NCBI GenBank assembly: GCA_963768055.1
Contig: CAVYGN010000001.1
Coordinates: 512,001-576,000 of the forward strand
Source: an uncultured Spirochaetota bacterium
GTDB taxonomy: Bacteria > Spirochaetota > Brevinematia > Brevinematales > JAOACQ01
DNA length: 64,000 bases
Reading direction: 5' to 3'
The notes below the pieces were generated by a model. The model saw only the letters and a program-made list of their open reading frames with translations, searched no databases and was not told the DNA's origin. How positions within the stretch are numbered: position 1 is the first letter of the stretch; the number at the start of each line of letters is the position of its first letter. Shown piece by piece: positions 21,161 through 31,561 of the stretch. Position numbers and translations under genes: made by a program.

Positions 21161-22309
21161 ATGAAGTTCAGTTTCGTAATTCCGACTTACAATAATAAGT
21201 ATCTTCTGAACAATACTCTTGAAGCCCTGAATAGCCAGATCTATCCTGGGTCGGGCGAGTATGAGGCTGTCGTAGTGGATGACGGCTCGACAGATGACAC
21301 GCATGATTATATAGAAGGGGTTAATAAAAATTACAGCCTGAAATATTATTACCTTGAGAGGGACAAAAATTCATGCCGTGCGAAGACAAGAAATAAAGGG
21401 TGGAAAAACGCGTCCGGGGAAATCATCGCATTTATAGATTCGGATATTTTAGTCAAACCCGACTATCTATATGAACTGAACAGGTGCTTTTCAATAAACC
21501 GGGATATTCTGGTGCTGGGTAACAGGCTGATGCTGGATAAGCCTGTAACCCCGTCGGAAGTCTCGTCGGGGGAAGTGTTCAAAAAATTCAATTTCGACAA
21601 AAACAAACTGAGCCTGCTTGAATACAGGTATTTTTTATATGAAACGACATCCTACAACGCCAATATGATCATGCTGCCATGGACGCAGGTGTACAGCTGC
21701 AACATGGCTGTCTCAAAGAAATGGCTGGAATCAGCCGGGGGATTCGATGAGAATTTTAAAAGCTGGGGAGTGGAGGATATCGAGCTGGGGTACGCGTTAT
21801 ACGAGAAAAAAGTCGGGATCGTGATCAACTCGAAACTGGAAGTCCTTCACCAGAATCATGGCGACCGCAACGACCTGATCATCAGCGAGGATAAAATCGC
21901 GGGTTACGACAGGAACCTTGAATACTTCTTTGACAAGCATCCGGACGCTGTAAAGATGAGGAAGAAATTCGCGTTCAAGTTCCTGAAGGGGGAAATCTCG
22001 GACGACAAAATGTTCATGGATAAGTCTGTAAATTATATCAAGGTGGATTTCAAAAATAAATACGAGCTCGAATTCATAAAAGACATTGTAATTAAAATGT
22101 CAACCGGGAAGAAGTACATACCGGTCATAAACGACTACAATGAAAAGACAGACCTTGATATCTGGCTTCAACATCAGTCCGGCGATGATTTACGGCGGGC
22201 AAAATATTACCCGATGTCAAAGCGCCTTGACAGGGACAAGATGATGCGATTCCTTAAAATCGAAAAGGAAAGGCAGAAACAGGCAGTCTCAAAGACAATT
22301 GAAAGATAG
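21161..22309 (+). CDS. Glycosyltransferase family 2
   Basis: VIPTYN, VDDGSTD, FIDSD, GGFDENF..WGVEDIELG; RBS GAGGAG before ATG 21161. Confidence 0.9.
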   Translation: MKFSFVIPTYNNKYLLNNTLEALNSQIYPGSGEYEAVVVDDGSTDDTHDYIEGVNKNYSLKYYYLERDKNSCRAKTRNKGWKNASGEIIAFIDSDILVKPDYLYELNRCFSINRDILVLGNRLMLDKPVTPSEVSSGEVFKKFNFDKNKLSLLEYRYFLYETTSYNANMIMLPWTQVYSCNMAVSKKWLESAGGFDENFKSWGVEDIELGYALYEKKVGIVINSKLEVLHQNHGDRNDLIISEDKIAGYDRNLEYFFDKHPDAVKMRKKFAFKFLKGEISDDKMFMDKSVNYIKVDFKNKYELEFIKDIVIKMSTGKKYIPVINDYNEKTDLDIWLQHQSGDDLRRAKYYPMSKRLDRDKMMRFLKIEKERQKQAVSKTIER

Positions 22310-22320
22310 GAAAGGTTTAT

Positions 22321-24099
22321 ATGAAGAATTCTGATTATTCCGAAGAAGCTGTTAAGGGAAAAAAATATTCGATAAAAGAAATGTTCGGAATATTCCTTCC
22401 CCAGTTCAGGAAATATATTAAACCTCACATTGGTCTTTTATTGCAGGCCGTATTTTGTCTTTTTATTTTAAACATGCTCTGGCTGATGCTTCCTTTTTTC
22501 CAAAAGCATTTTATAGATGACGGTCTGATAGGTAAGAATTTTGATCTTCTGCTTAAAATCGTTATCGCTATGATGTTAACTCAGCTTTTAACCGCAACAA
22601 TATTTACCATGTGGGAATATCTCTACAACTTTCTTTCGGGCAGGCTTTGTTATAATGTCGAAAAAGATCTGTATTTTCATATCCTCAAACTGCCCATGTC
22701 GTATTTTGACAGTCACAGGGCGGGAGAGCTTCTGAAAAGGGTGCTGGATTCTTTATCGCTCCTGAATATAATCAATATTTTTCTCTTTGATATACTCAAT
22801 AATTTTTTTGTCATTATCATAGGTATATCAGCCGGATTATTGATAAGCCCTATTCTCGTTTTAATCAGCTTGATCTTTATCCCTATTTCTCTGACAAACA
22901 ATCATTTCCAGGGAAAGGTTTCAAGGAAAAATGAAGAGGAAAGGTGGGATGTCGACAGGGCTTTAAACTCGGAGCAAACGGAAGCCCTGGTAGGCATCAG
23001 GACTATCAAGGCATTCGGAATAGAGTTAAAAGTTTACAGGAAGTATATGCTTTTAAGGCTTAAATACAGGCAGATAGAGTTTAAATTCAAAAGAAAATAT
23101 GTCGGCCTGAATATTGTGAATAATTTTTTTGGAAGCCTTGAAAATTTCCTCATTATGATAACCGCGGGTTTTTTAGTCATCGGAGGGAAATTGACAATAG
23201 GCGACTGGATGGCTTACCAGATAATCATTTCAAGGGTCACTACGCCCCTGAAACAGCTCATAGACGTCAATGTCAAACTGCAGACAAATATAGTTACCTT
23301 AAAACGTCTGGACGACCTGATCCAGGAGCAGGAAGAAAAGCATCTGATGAATAAAGACCTCAGATTGACAAAGGGGACTATTGTATTTAAAGATGTAAGT
23401 TTCAGCTACGCTAATAACAGCAATATATTAAGCGGAATAAACTTTAAAATTGATAAAGGGAAGTCCCTGGCGCTGGTGGGCAGAAGCGGTGTGGGAAAAT
23501 CCACACTGGCAAATCTTATCCTTAACTTTTACCTGCCGACTTCAGGGGAAATCCTGATAGATGATGTGAATATTAGGGAATATAATGTAAGAAACCTCCG
23601 GGATGATATTTCCATGGTCCTGCAGGACACCTACCTGTTTTCAGGGACAATAATGGATAATCTCAAACTCTGCTCGGCGTCAAAAGATTACAGCGAGATT
23701 GAAGAAGCCTGCAGGATAGCATACGCTCATGAATTTATAATCGATCTTCCGAAGGGGTATAATACCGAGGTAGGCGAGCGCGGGACGAAACTCTCGGGAG
23801 GCCAGAAACAGAGAGTGGCGCTGGCCCAGGCGATATTAAAAAAGCCGAAAATCCTTATTTTAGACGAGGCGACCAGTCATCTCGACATCGAGACCGAACA
23901 GAAAGTCCAGGAGGCGTTTCATTATTTAATTCAAAAAAGTACATCCATTATTATTGCCCATCGATTATCCACGATTAAAAATGCTAATATTATAGCGGTG
24001 CTTGAAGAAGGAAGAATAGTTGAAACGGGTACGCATGATGATTTAATAGAAAAAGATTCATATTATAAAAAAATGTATACCAGTTATCTCTCAATTTAA
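22321..24099 (+). CDS. ABC exporter, fused TMD-NBD (no C39 peptidase)
   Basis: TM helices, GRSGVGKS, LSGGQKQR, ILDEATS, AHRLST. Confidence 0.93.
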   Translation: MKNSDYSEEAVKGKKYSIKEMFGIFLPQFRKYIKPHIGLLLQAVFCLFILNMLWLMLPFFQKHFIDDGLIGKNFDLLLKIVIAMMLTQLLTATIFTMWEYLYNFLSGRLCYNVEKDLYFHILKLPMSYFDSHRAGELLKRVLDSLSLLNIINIFLFDILNNFFVIIIGISAGLLISPILVLISLIFIPISLTNNHFQGKVSRKNEEERWDVDRALNSEQTEALVGIRTIKAFGIELKVYRKYMLLRLKYRQIEFKFKRKYVGLNIVNNFFGSLENFLIMITAGFLVIGGKLTIGDWMAYQIIISRVTTPLKQLIDVNVKLQTNIVTLKRLDDLIQEQEEKHLMNKDLRLTKGTIVFKDVSFSYANNSNILSGINFKIDKGKSLALVGRSGVGKSTLANLILNFYLPTSGEILIDDVNIREYNVRNLRDDISMVLQDTYLFSGTIMDNLKLCSASKDYSEIEEACRIAYAHEFIIDLPKGYNTEVGERGTKLSGGQKQRVALAQAILKKPKILILDEATSHLDIETEQKVQEAFHYLIQKSTSIIIAHRLSTIKNANIIAVLEEGRIVETGTHDDLIEKDSYYKKMYTSYLSI

Positions 24100-24112
24100 G
24101 AGGGAAATTATT

Positions 24113-25105
24113 ATGAAGAGAGAACCATTAAAATACCTTAAAGTGATTTTCATAACCGTTATTCTGCTTTTCATCACGGTTTTAACAACTTTTATTCTGA
24201 TCAACAGTATTGATTATGTTGAAGTACGGGGAGAGATCAAACCCCTGGAATTCCAGGACATCACGCCTAAAATATCGGGTATTATTAAGAAATGTTATTT
24301 TAAGGACGGCGATCCTGTCAATGCCGGAAACTTAGTCCTGGAAATGGATTCTAAAGAATACAAGCTTTCGCTGGCTTCTCTCAGCAGCAAAAGAGAATTA
24401 CTGCTTTCCAGGAACAATTTTCTGAAATCCGACATGGAATTATTTTTGATGGAGAGGTCGCTTTTTTTAAATAAATTAAAAAAGGATCTGAATGATCTGA
24501 ATATTAAAAAAAACAATGAGATGATCTCACAAAAAGAATATGACAATGAAATTTACAAACTCGAGGTAGAGGAACTTTCGGGACGTGAAAGATTATTGAC
24601 GTTTGAAAATGATCTGAAGCAATCGGCCAGGGAGATGGATTCTATTTCAGCGGATATTGACACTATTAAAGACAAAATTGACAAATGCAGGGTCGAATCT
24701 CAAATTGACGGCATCATTGTAGACGAAGACAGCAGGATCAAGGAGGGGATATACTATAATTCCGGTGAAATAATTCAAAAGATATTTGGCAACAACTCAG
24801 TCTACGCGGAAGTCTATATTCCGGACAGGAAGGTGATTAAGGTCGAGATCAACCAGAAGGTGAAATTATTTGTAGATGCTATACCTTACAGTAAATATAG
24901 AACATTTGAAGGGAGGCTTGTGAGCCTGAAAGAAACAAAAACAAGGAACCGGACTGAAGGTTATATTGGTAAAGTTTTAATTGATGACCCGTTTTTTAAA
25001 ATAAGAAATATTAACGATGTGCAGACTAAAAAATTGTTTTTCGGGTTAAAACTTAACGCACGCATATATACCGGGAAATGCGGCTTCCTTGATTTTTTAT
25101 ATTAA
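24113..25105 (+). CDS. HlyD-family periplasmic adaptor
   Basis: N-terminal TM, lipoyl-like motif ISGIIK..KDGDPVNAG, coiled coil, SQIDG, PYSKY..FEG. Confidence 0.85.
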   Translation: MKREPLKYLKVIFITVILLFITVLTTFILINSIDYVEVRGEIKPLEFQDITPKISGIIKKCYFKDGDPVNAGNLVLEMDSKEYKLSLASLSSKRELLLSRNNFLKSDMELFLMERSLFLNKLKKDLNDLNIKKNNEMISQKEYDNEIYKLEVEELSGRERLLTFENDLKQSAREMDSISADIDTIKDKIDKCRVESQIDGIIVDEDSRIKEGIYYNSGEIIQKIFGNNSVYAEVYIPDRKVIKVEINQKVKLFVDAIPYSKYRTFEGRLVSLKETKTRNRTEGYIGKVLIDDPFFKIRNINDVQTKKLFFGLKLNARIYTGKCGFLDFLY

Positions 25106-25114
25106 AAGGATTTT

Positions 25115-26464
25115 ATGAGAAGGTTGAAATTAAGTATTATCATCATGATCATTTTCTTTCCCTGTGCTTTCTTCGCATTAGATCTAGAATCAGCTGTTTT
25201 AATGGCCTTAACGAACAGGGAGGATCTGTCTATTATTTCCAATCAAATAATTCTGCAGAAAAAAACAATAGAAAGCAAATTTCATGCCTTATCGCCAGCC
25301 TTTTCACTCGATCTCGGCTACAGCCAGGCGTATTATTCGAATAGTCAAATTTACTCTAACGATCTGAACTCCGGAGTTTCAATGAACTACCCCATTTATG
25401 ACGGCGGATTAAAAAATATTGAAGTGGAGGAGGAAAATGACCGTCTGAAGCTCATGGAACTGGAATACAGGATGAGAAATTCTGATGTTATATGCAGGGT
25501 GAAAAGTTATTTTTACGATATTATTCTCTATCAAACCTTGCTTGAATTGCGTAAAAAAAACCTGGAGCAGTCTCTCCTTGAAAAAAAAAATGCAGAGATT
25601 TTATTTAAGCAAAAGCTTATTGATCCGCTTGCATATAAGTCAGCCGGATATTATTCCGCAGTTTCTGAATTCCAGCTTAAACAGGCACTTAACGAGCTTG
25701 AAGAAAAAAAGGATTTCCTTAAGAATTACATCCTTTATTCCAATTTTGATAAGCTGGAGGGCAATTTACAGCAGGATGAAAGTTTTGACCTTTCTAACAA
25801 GCTGCTAGTGGACTACCGGATCGCCTATCTTCAGATTCAAAAAGAAATGATCAATCTATATTATAAAAAAACAATTGCCTCGCGGGGCTGGAAAATCGAT
25901 CTCTATTCGAGCCTTTACTGGGATTCTCTCCAATCTGATTCGCTGGGCAACTATCCGTATAATTCGGGATTTCAGAATCAGCTTATGCTTGAATTAGGAA
26001 TAAAGGCATATTTCCCGATTTCTGATGACATGTCTCTATCGGTCAAGCCGGGATCGGCTTATTCTCCCGAATTATTCTATAACGGTTTTTCGGCGAAAGG
26101 GTCCCTTCATCTTATGGATGAAAACAACTCCTTCCTTGACAGTCGGAAAGGTTATTGGAATTCAAAAAAGCAAGAGGTGGACTTGGATTACGAAATCAGG
26201 GATCTGGAATCCAAAAGAAATCAGACTCAGGATAAGCTCCAGGAATTAAAACTGGACATTTTCGCTTCTTCAAATAACATGGAATTATCATTAATGAATT
26301 ATGAAAACGTTGAGATACAATATTCGAATAACGGTAAGACCGCCAAAGAGCTGCTGGATGCAAAAATACAGAAAATAGAATCCGAGGTCAGCAATCTTCG
26401 CGCGATTTATAATTATAACTGCCTGGTCTGGAAGGCCCAGTCATTTTATTGGGCGGGGGATTGA
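25115..26464 (+). CDS. TolC-family outer membrane channel
   Basis: Signal peptide, LDLESAVLMAL, NYPIYDGG, ELLDAK; follows ABC + HlyD. Confidence 0.8.
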   Translation: MRRLKLSIIIMIIFFPCAFFALDLESAVLMALTNREDLSIISNQIILQKKTIESKFHALSPAFSLDLGYSQAYYSNSQIYSNDLNSGVSMNYPIYDGGLKNIEVEEENDRLKLMELEYRMRNSDVICRVKSYFYDIILYQTLLELRKKNLEQSLLEKKNAEILFKQKLIDPLAYKSAGYYSAVSEFQLKQALNELEEKKDFLKNYILYSNFDKLEGNLQQDESFDLSNKLLVDYRIAYLQIQKEMINLYYKKTIASRGWKIDLYSSLYWDSLQSDSLGNYPYNSGFQNQLMLELGIKAYFPISDDMSLSVKPGSAYSPELFYNGFSAKGSLHLMDENNSFLDSRKGYWNSKKQEVDLDYEIRDLESKRNQTQDKLQELKLDIFASSNNMELSLMNYENVEIQYSNNGKTAKELLDAKIQKIESEVSNLRAIYNYNCLVWKAQSFYWAGD

Positions 26465-26469
26465 AAATA

Positions 26470-27018
26470 TATGGAGGTAAGCATGGCTGAGATATCAGGC
26501 GGAATGATCACATATTTTGGTAAAGAAAATGATGTAAAGGCATATGTTTCAAGACGGGCCGGGGAAACTTTCAAACCTGCCCTTGTAATCGCCCATGAAA
26601 TATGGGGGCTTAACGGGCATGTCAAGGACCTGGCCGATCAATTCGCTAGACAGGGCTTCACAGTAATCGCTCCCGATCTTTACTCTTCTTCAGCCTTCGA
26701 CGGGATACTGACCGGGCAGGAAATACAATGCTTGCTGGATTTCTCATCGTCGCTGGTCCGTGACAGATTGGCCGTCCCGTCTTACTTGAGTAATGAAATA
26801 TCAAAACTTCCCGGGGAAAAGAGGGGTATGATTCGGAGAATAATCCGGATTTTCAGCGGCGGCATACCCAAATATAAATTACTTTGCGAGCTGTCAAAAG
26901 CGGCGGCTCATCTCGGATCATGGAAATACGCTGCCGCCGGTAAAATCAGGCTGATAAACGTTACACCCGCCGGTTCATACCCGGCATTGATATCATTTGA
27001 GGATTTGGAATTGTTTTA
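26470..27018 (+). repeat. 549-bp direct repeat, identical by eye to 29862-30410
   Basis: Line-by-line comparison found no mismatch; offset 3392 bp. Confidence 0.85.
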
Positions 27019-28144
27019 TAATATCCGTTATGAAGAAAAAAACGCACAGGTGGATTATTTAAACGCGCGAAATCCGATAACACCCGAGCTTCTTGGGCTT
27101 GTAAGAAAGGGAGGAGAAAGGCTCTACTGCACTATCCCCTTCAAGAATCTGGACCTAAATGCTGACGGAATAAATTGCTGCTGCTGGATATTAGATCTGG
27201 AAGAATTCAACAATGTTTCACTGGAAGAGGGGAATGATCTCGCAAAAGCATGGAAGAGCGAGGCCTTTCAAAGGGTCCGCGAATCGATCCGGGACGGTTC
27301 ATATAAGCATTGCCGGCTGGACTGCTGCCCCCTTGCAAGGGGGGAGAGGACAAACCTATTGACCCTTAATGAAATGCGGAACTCTCATCCTGAAATCGCT
27401 GATTTTATTGAAGGCAAAGATCTTGAGTATTCCGGTATGCCGAGTTTTGTCCATATTGCCGTAGATACTACATGCAACCTCAAGTGCCCCTCGTGCAACT
27501 GGTTTCTTCTTCCGAAAATTCCAGGCGGGATTAGATCCGGTATTATTAATTCACTCAAGACTGTCAATAAAGATTTAGAAATAATTTATCTTGCCGGCAT
27601 GGGCGAGCCTTTTTTCAGTCCCGTATATCTTGACTGGATGATGAATTTCCGCAAGGAAGATTTTCCGGCCCTCAAAAAAATAGAAATCAACACAAACGGC
27701 CTGAAGCTGACCCCGGCCCTATGGGAGAAATTACCCGCCGATTTGAAAAGCCTTATCAACACTTTTACCGTATCGATTGACGGGGCAACGGCGGCGACAT
27801 ACGAGAAAAACAGGCCGGGGGGATCTTTCAAAACGCTTCTGGAAAATCTGGCCTTTTTCAAGGAATTGCGCGACGGCGGAAATATCGGGTATCTCAGGGC
27901 GTACTTTGCCTATCAGGAGAATAATTACGGGGAGATGCCGGAAATGATAGAATTGGCGCGCTCTTTCTCATTCGATCTGGTCTTCTTTGAAAGACTGAGG
28001 AATTGGGGGACCTATAAACCCGCGTCATACCGGCGGCGCGATATAGGCAATCCGGAGCACCCCGGCTATAAGTCTTTTCAAACAGTTAAAGATATGATAA
28101 ATAAAATGACCGGTCAGGGCCCGAGGGTCATTTTCACAATTTGA
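26483..28144 (+). CDS. Dienelactone-hydrolase-fragment / twitch radical SAM fusion, copy 1
   Basis: HEIWGLN..APDLY (DLH N-terminal half), YCTIPF..CCC..AWKS..CRLDCCP, CNLKCPSC, GMGEPF, SIDGA. Confidence 0.8.
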   Translation: MAEISGGMITYFGKENDVKAYVSRRAGETFKPALVIAHEIWGLNGHVKDLADQFARQGFTVIAPDLYSSSAFDGILTGQEIQCLLDFSSSLVRDRLAVPSYLSNEISKLPGEKRGMIRRIIRIFSGGIPKYKLLCELSKAAAHLGSWKYAAAGKIRLINVTPAGSYPALISFEDLELFYNIRYEEKNAQVDYLNARNPITPELLGLVRKGGERLYCTIPFKNLDLNADGINCCCWILDLEEFNNVSLEEGNDLAKAWKSEAFQRVRESIRDGSYKHCRLDCCPLARGERTNLLTLNEMRNSHPEIADFIEGKDLEYSGMPSFVHIAVDTTCNLKCPSCNWFLLPKIPGGIRSGIINSLKTVNKDLEIIYLAGMGEPFFSPVYLDWMMNFRKEDFPALKKIEINTNGLKLTPALWEKLPADLKSLINTFTVSIDGATAATYEKNRPGGSFKTLLENLAFFKELRDGGNIGYLRAYFAYQENNYGEMPEMIELARSFSFDLVFFERLRNWGTYKPASYRRRDIGNPEHPGYKSFQTVKDMINKMTGQGPRVIFTI

Positions 28145-28166
28145 GTTGTTTATATAGGCGGTAATT

Positions 28167-29843
28167 ATGGCAAAGATATCCCGTGCAATGATAACATATT
28201 CCGGTAAAGAAAATGATGTAAAGGCATATGTTTCAAGACAGGCCGGGGAAACTTTCAAACCTGCCCTTGTAATCGCCCATGAAATATGGGGGCTTAACGG
28301 GCATGTCAAGGACCTGGCCGATCAATTCGCGAGGCAGGGCTTCACAGCAATAGTTCCCGATCTTTACTCTTCTTCAGCCTTCGACGGGATACTGACCGGG
28401 CAGGAAATACAATGCTTGCTGGATTTCTCATCGTCGCTGGTCCGTGACAGATTGGCCGTCCCGTCTTACTTGAGTAATGAAATATCAAAACTTCCCGGGG
28501 AAAAGAGGGATATAATTCGGAGAATAATCCGGATTTTCAGCAGCGGCGGCATACCCAAACATAAATTACTTTGCGAGCTGTCAAAAGCGGCAACTCATCT
28601 CAGTGCACTGAAATACGCTGCCGCCGGTAAAATCAGGCTGATAAATGTTACACCCGCCGGTTCATACCCGGCCTTGATATCGCCCGGGGATATTGAAATG
28701 TTTTATAGTATCCGCTATGAAGACAGGCATAAAAATGATCAGGAGGAATTATTGAAAGATTTAAACCCGATAACGGCGGAACTGCTCAGTCTTGTAAGAA
28801 AAGGGGAAGAAAAGCTCTACTGCGCTTTTCCCTTTACAAATCTTCACCTCACATCGATTGGAATAAATTGCTGCTGCTGGATTTGGGATATCGAAGGATA
28901 TAACAATATTTCACCGGAAGAGGGGAATGATCTCGCAAAAGCATGGAAGAGCGAGGCCTTTCAGAGGGTCCGTGAATCGATCCGGGACGGTTCATATAAG
29001 CATTGCCGGCTGGACTGCTGCCCCTTTGTCAGGGGGGAGAGGACAAACCTATCGACCCTTAATGAAATGCGGAACTCTCATCCTGAAATCGCTGATTTTA
29101 TTGAAGGCAAAGTTCTTGAGTATTCCGGTATGCCGAGTTTCATCAATATCTCCTTAGACACCGCGTGCAACCTCAAGTGCCCCTCGTGCAACCGGCTTCT
29201 TCTTCCGAAAATACCTTGCGGAACCAAGACTGTAATTATCAATTCACTTAAAACCGTCAATATAAATTTAAAAAAAATATTTCTTGCCGGTATGGGCGAG
29301 CCTTTTTTCAGCCCCGTATATATGGACTGGATGATGAATTTCCGCAGAGAGGATTTTCCAGCCCTCAAAGAAATAGGCATCAATACAAACGGCCTGAAGC
29401 TGACCCCGGCCCTGTGGAAGAAATTACCCGCCGATTTGAAAAGCCTTATCAACTCTCTCACCGTATCGATTGACGGGGCGACAGCGGCGACATACGAGAA
29501 AAACAGGCCGGGGGGATCTTTCAAAACGCTTCTGGAAAACCTGGCCTTTTTCAAGGAATTGCGCGACGGCGGAAATATCGGGCATCTCGGGGCGTATTTT
29601 GCCTATCAGAAGAACAATTACAGGGAGACACTGGAAATGATAGAATTGGCGCGCTCTTTCTCATTCGATCTGGTCTTTTTTGAAAGACTTAAGAATTGGG
29701 GGGCGTACGAACCCGCGTCATACCGGCGGCGCGATATAGGCAATCCAGAGCACCCCGGACATCAAGATTTTCAAGCGGTCAAAAAAAGAATAAATGATTA
29801 TAATAAGATCCATTCAATCCCCCAGATCGTTTTTATGAGCTGA
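28167..29843 (+). CDS. DLH-fragment / radical SAM fusion, copy 2
   Basis: Same architecture as copy 1; CNLKCPSC. Confidence 0.8.
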   Translation: MAKISRAMITYSGKENDVKAYVSRQAGETFKPALVIAHEIWGLNGHVKDLADQFARQGFTAIVPDLYSSSAFDGILTGQEIQCLLDFSSSLVRDRLAVPSYLSNEISKLPGEKRDIIRRIIRIFSSGGIPKHKLLCELSKAATHLSALKYAAAGKIRLINVTPAGSYPALISPGDIEMFYSIRYEDRHKNDQEELLKDLNPITAELLSLVRKGEEKLYCAFPFTNLHLTSIGINCCCWIWDIEGYNNISPEEGNDLAKAWKSEAFQRVRESIRDGSYKHCRLDCCPFVRGERTNLSTLNEMRNSHPEIADFIEGKVLEYSGMPSFINISLDTACNLKCPSCNRLLLPKIPCGTKTVIINSLKTVNINLKKIFLAGMGEPFFSPVYMDWMMNFRREDFPALKEIGINTNGLKLTPALWKKLPADLKSLINSLTVSIDGATAATYEKNRPGGSFKTLLENLAFFKELRDGGNIGHLGAYFAYQKNNYRETLEMIELARSFSFDLVFFERLKNWGAYEPASYRRRDIGNPEHPGHQDFQAVKKRINDYNKIHSIPQIVFMS

Positions 29844-29874
29844 TTTATTGTCTTTGCTGTTTATGGAGGTAAGC

Positions 29875-31545
29875 ATGGCTGAGATATCAGGCGGAATGAT
29901 CACATATTTTGGTAAAGAAAATGATGTAAAGGCATATGTTTCAAGACGGGCCGGGGAAACTTTCAAACCTGCCCTTGTAATCGCCCATGAAATATGGGGG
30001 CTTAACGGGCATGTCAAGGACCTGGCCGATCAATTCGCTAGACAGGGCTTCACAGTAATCGCTCCCGATCTTTACTCTTCTTCAGCCTTCGACGGGATAC
30101 TGACCGGGCAGGAAATACAATGCTTGCTGGATTTCTCATCGTCGCTGGTCCGTGACAGATTGGCCGTCCCGTCTTACTTGAGTAATGAAATATCAAAACT
30201 TCCCGGGGAAAAGAGGGGTATGATTCGGAGAATAATCCGGATTTTCAGCGGCGGCATACCCAAATATAAATTACTTTGCGAGCTGTCAAAAGCGGCGGCT
30301 CATCTCGGATCATGGAAATACGCTGCCGCCGGTAAAATCAGGCTGATAAACGTTACACCCGCCGGTTCATACCCGGCATTGATATCATTTGAGGATTTGG
30401 AATTGTTTTACATTATACGAAATGAAGAAAATAAAAATATTAAAGGCAGAGAAGCGTTTTTGAAAGATTTAAACCCGATAACGGCGGAACTGCTCAGTCT
30501 TGTAAGAAAAGGGGAAGAAAAGCTCTACTGCACTTTTCCCTTTACAAATCTTCACATCACCTCTAATGGAATTTATTGCTGCAGCTGGTTACTGGGAGTG
30601 GAAGGATTTAACAATGTTTCACTGGAAGAGGGGAATGATCTCGCAAAAGCATGGAAGAGCGAGGCATGTCAAAGGGTCCGTGAATCGATCAGGGACGGTT
30701 CATATAAGCATTGCCGGCTGGACTGCTGCCCCTTTGTCAGGGGGGAGAGGACAAACTTATTGACGCTTAATGAAATGCGTAACCATTATCCTGAAATCGC
30801 GGATTTCATTGAAGGCAAAGTTCTTCAGTATCTAAAAATGCCGAGTTTTGTCAATATCTCCTTAGACACCGCGTGCAACCTCAAGTGCCCTTCGTGCAAC
30901 CGGCTTCTTCTTCCGAAAATACCCTTCAGGGCCAAATCAGGTATTATTAATTCACTCAAAACCATTAATAAAGATTTGAAAATAATCTTTATAGCCGGAA
31001 TGGGCGAGCCTTTTTTCAGTCCCGTATATCTTGACTGGATGATGAATTTCCGCAGGGAGGATTTTCCAGCCCTTAAAGAAATAGAAATCAAAACAAACGG
31101 CCTGAAACTGATCCCGGCCCTATGGGAGAAATTACCCGCCGATTTGAGAAGCATTGTCAACTGGTTCACAGTATCGATTGACGGGGCGACAGCGGCGACA
31201 TACGAGAAAAACAGGCCGGGGGGATCTTTCAAAACGCTTCTGGAAAATCTGGCCTTTTTCAAGGAATTGCGCGACAGCGGAAGCATAGGGCGTCTCAAGG
31301 CGTACTATACGTATCAGCTGAACAATTACGGAGAGATGCCGGAAATGATAGAATTGGCAAAACGGTTCTCATTCGATCTTGTCTTCTTTGAAAGACTGAG
31401 GAATTGGGGGGCCTACAAACCCGCGTCATACCGGCGGCGCGATATAGGCAATCCGGAGCACCCCGGCTATAAGTCTTTTCAAACAGTTAAAGATATGATA
31501 AATAAAATGACCGGCCAGGGCCCGAAGATAATATTTACCAATTAA
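29875..31545 (+). CDS. DLH-fragment / radical SAM fusion, copy 3
   Basis: Same architecture; RBS GGAGGT before ATG 29875. Confidence 0.8.
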   Translation: MAEISGGMITYFGKENDVKAYVSRRAGETFKPALVIAHEIWGLNGHVKDLADQFARQGFTVIAPDLYSSSAFDGILTGQEIQCLLDFSSSLVRDRLAVPSYLSNEISKLPGEKRGMIRRIIRIFSGGIPKYKLLCELSKAAAHLGSWKYAAAGKIRLINVTPAGSYPALISFEDLELFYIIRNEENKNIKGREAFLKDLNPITAELLSLVRKGEEKLYCTFPFTNLHITSNGIYCCSWLLGVEGFNNVSLEEGNDLAKAWKSEACQRVRESIRDGSYKHCRLDCCPFVRGERTNLLTLNEMRNHYPEIADFIEGKVLQYLKMPSFVNISLDTACNLKCPSCNRLLLPKIPFRAKSGIINSLKTINKDLKIIFIAGMGEPFFSPVYLDWMMNFRREDFPALKEIEIKTNGLKLIPALWEKLPADLRSIVNWFTVSIDGATAATYEKNRPGGSFKTLLENLAFFKELRDSGSIGRLKAYYTYQLNNYGEMPEMIELAKRFSFDLVFFERLRNWGAYKPASYRRRDIGNPEHPGYKSFQTVKDMINKMTGQGPKIIFTN

Positions 31546-31561
31546 ATTATAAGGAAAAGAT

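Noticed and set aside
26470..31545. Diversity-generating retroelement as the cause of the variable triplet
   Set aside because: No reverse transcriptase in the window; the copies are full genes and the differences are not confined to adenines
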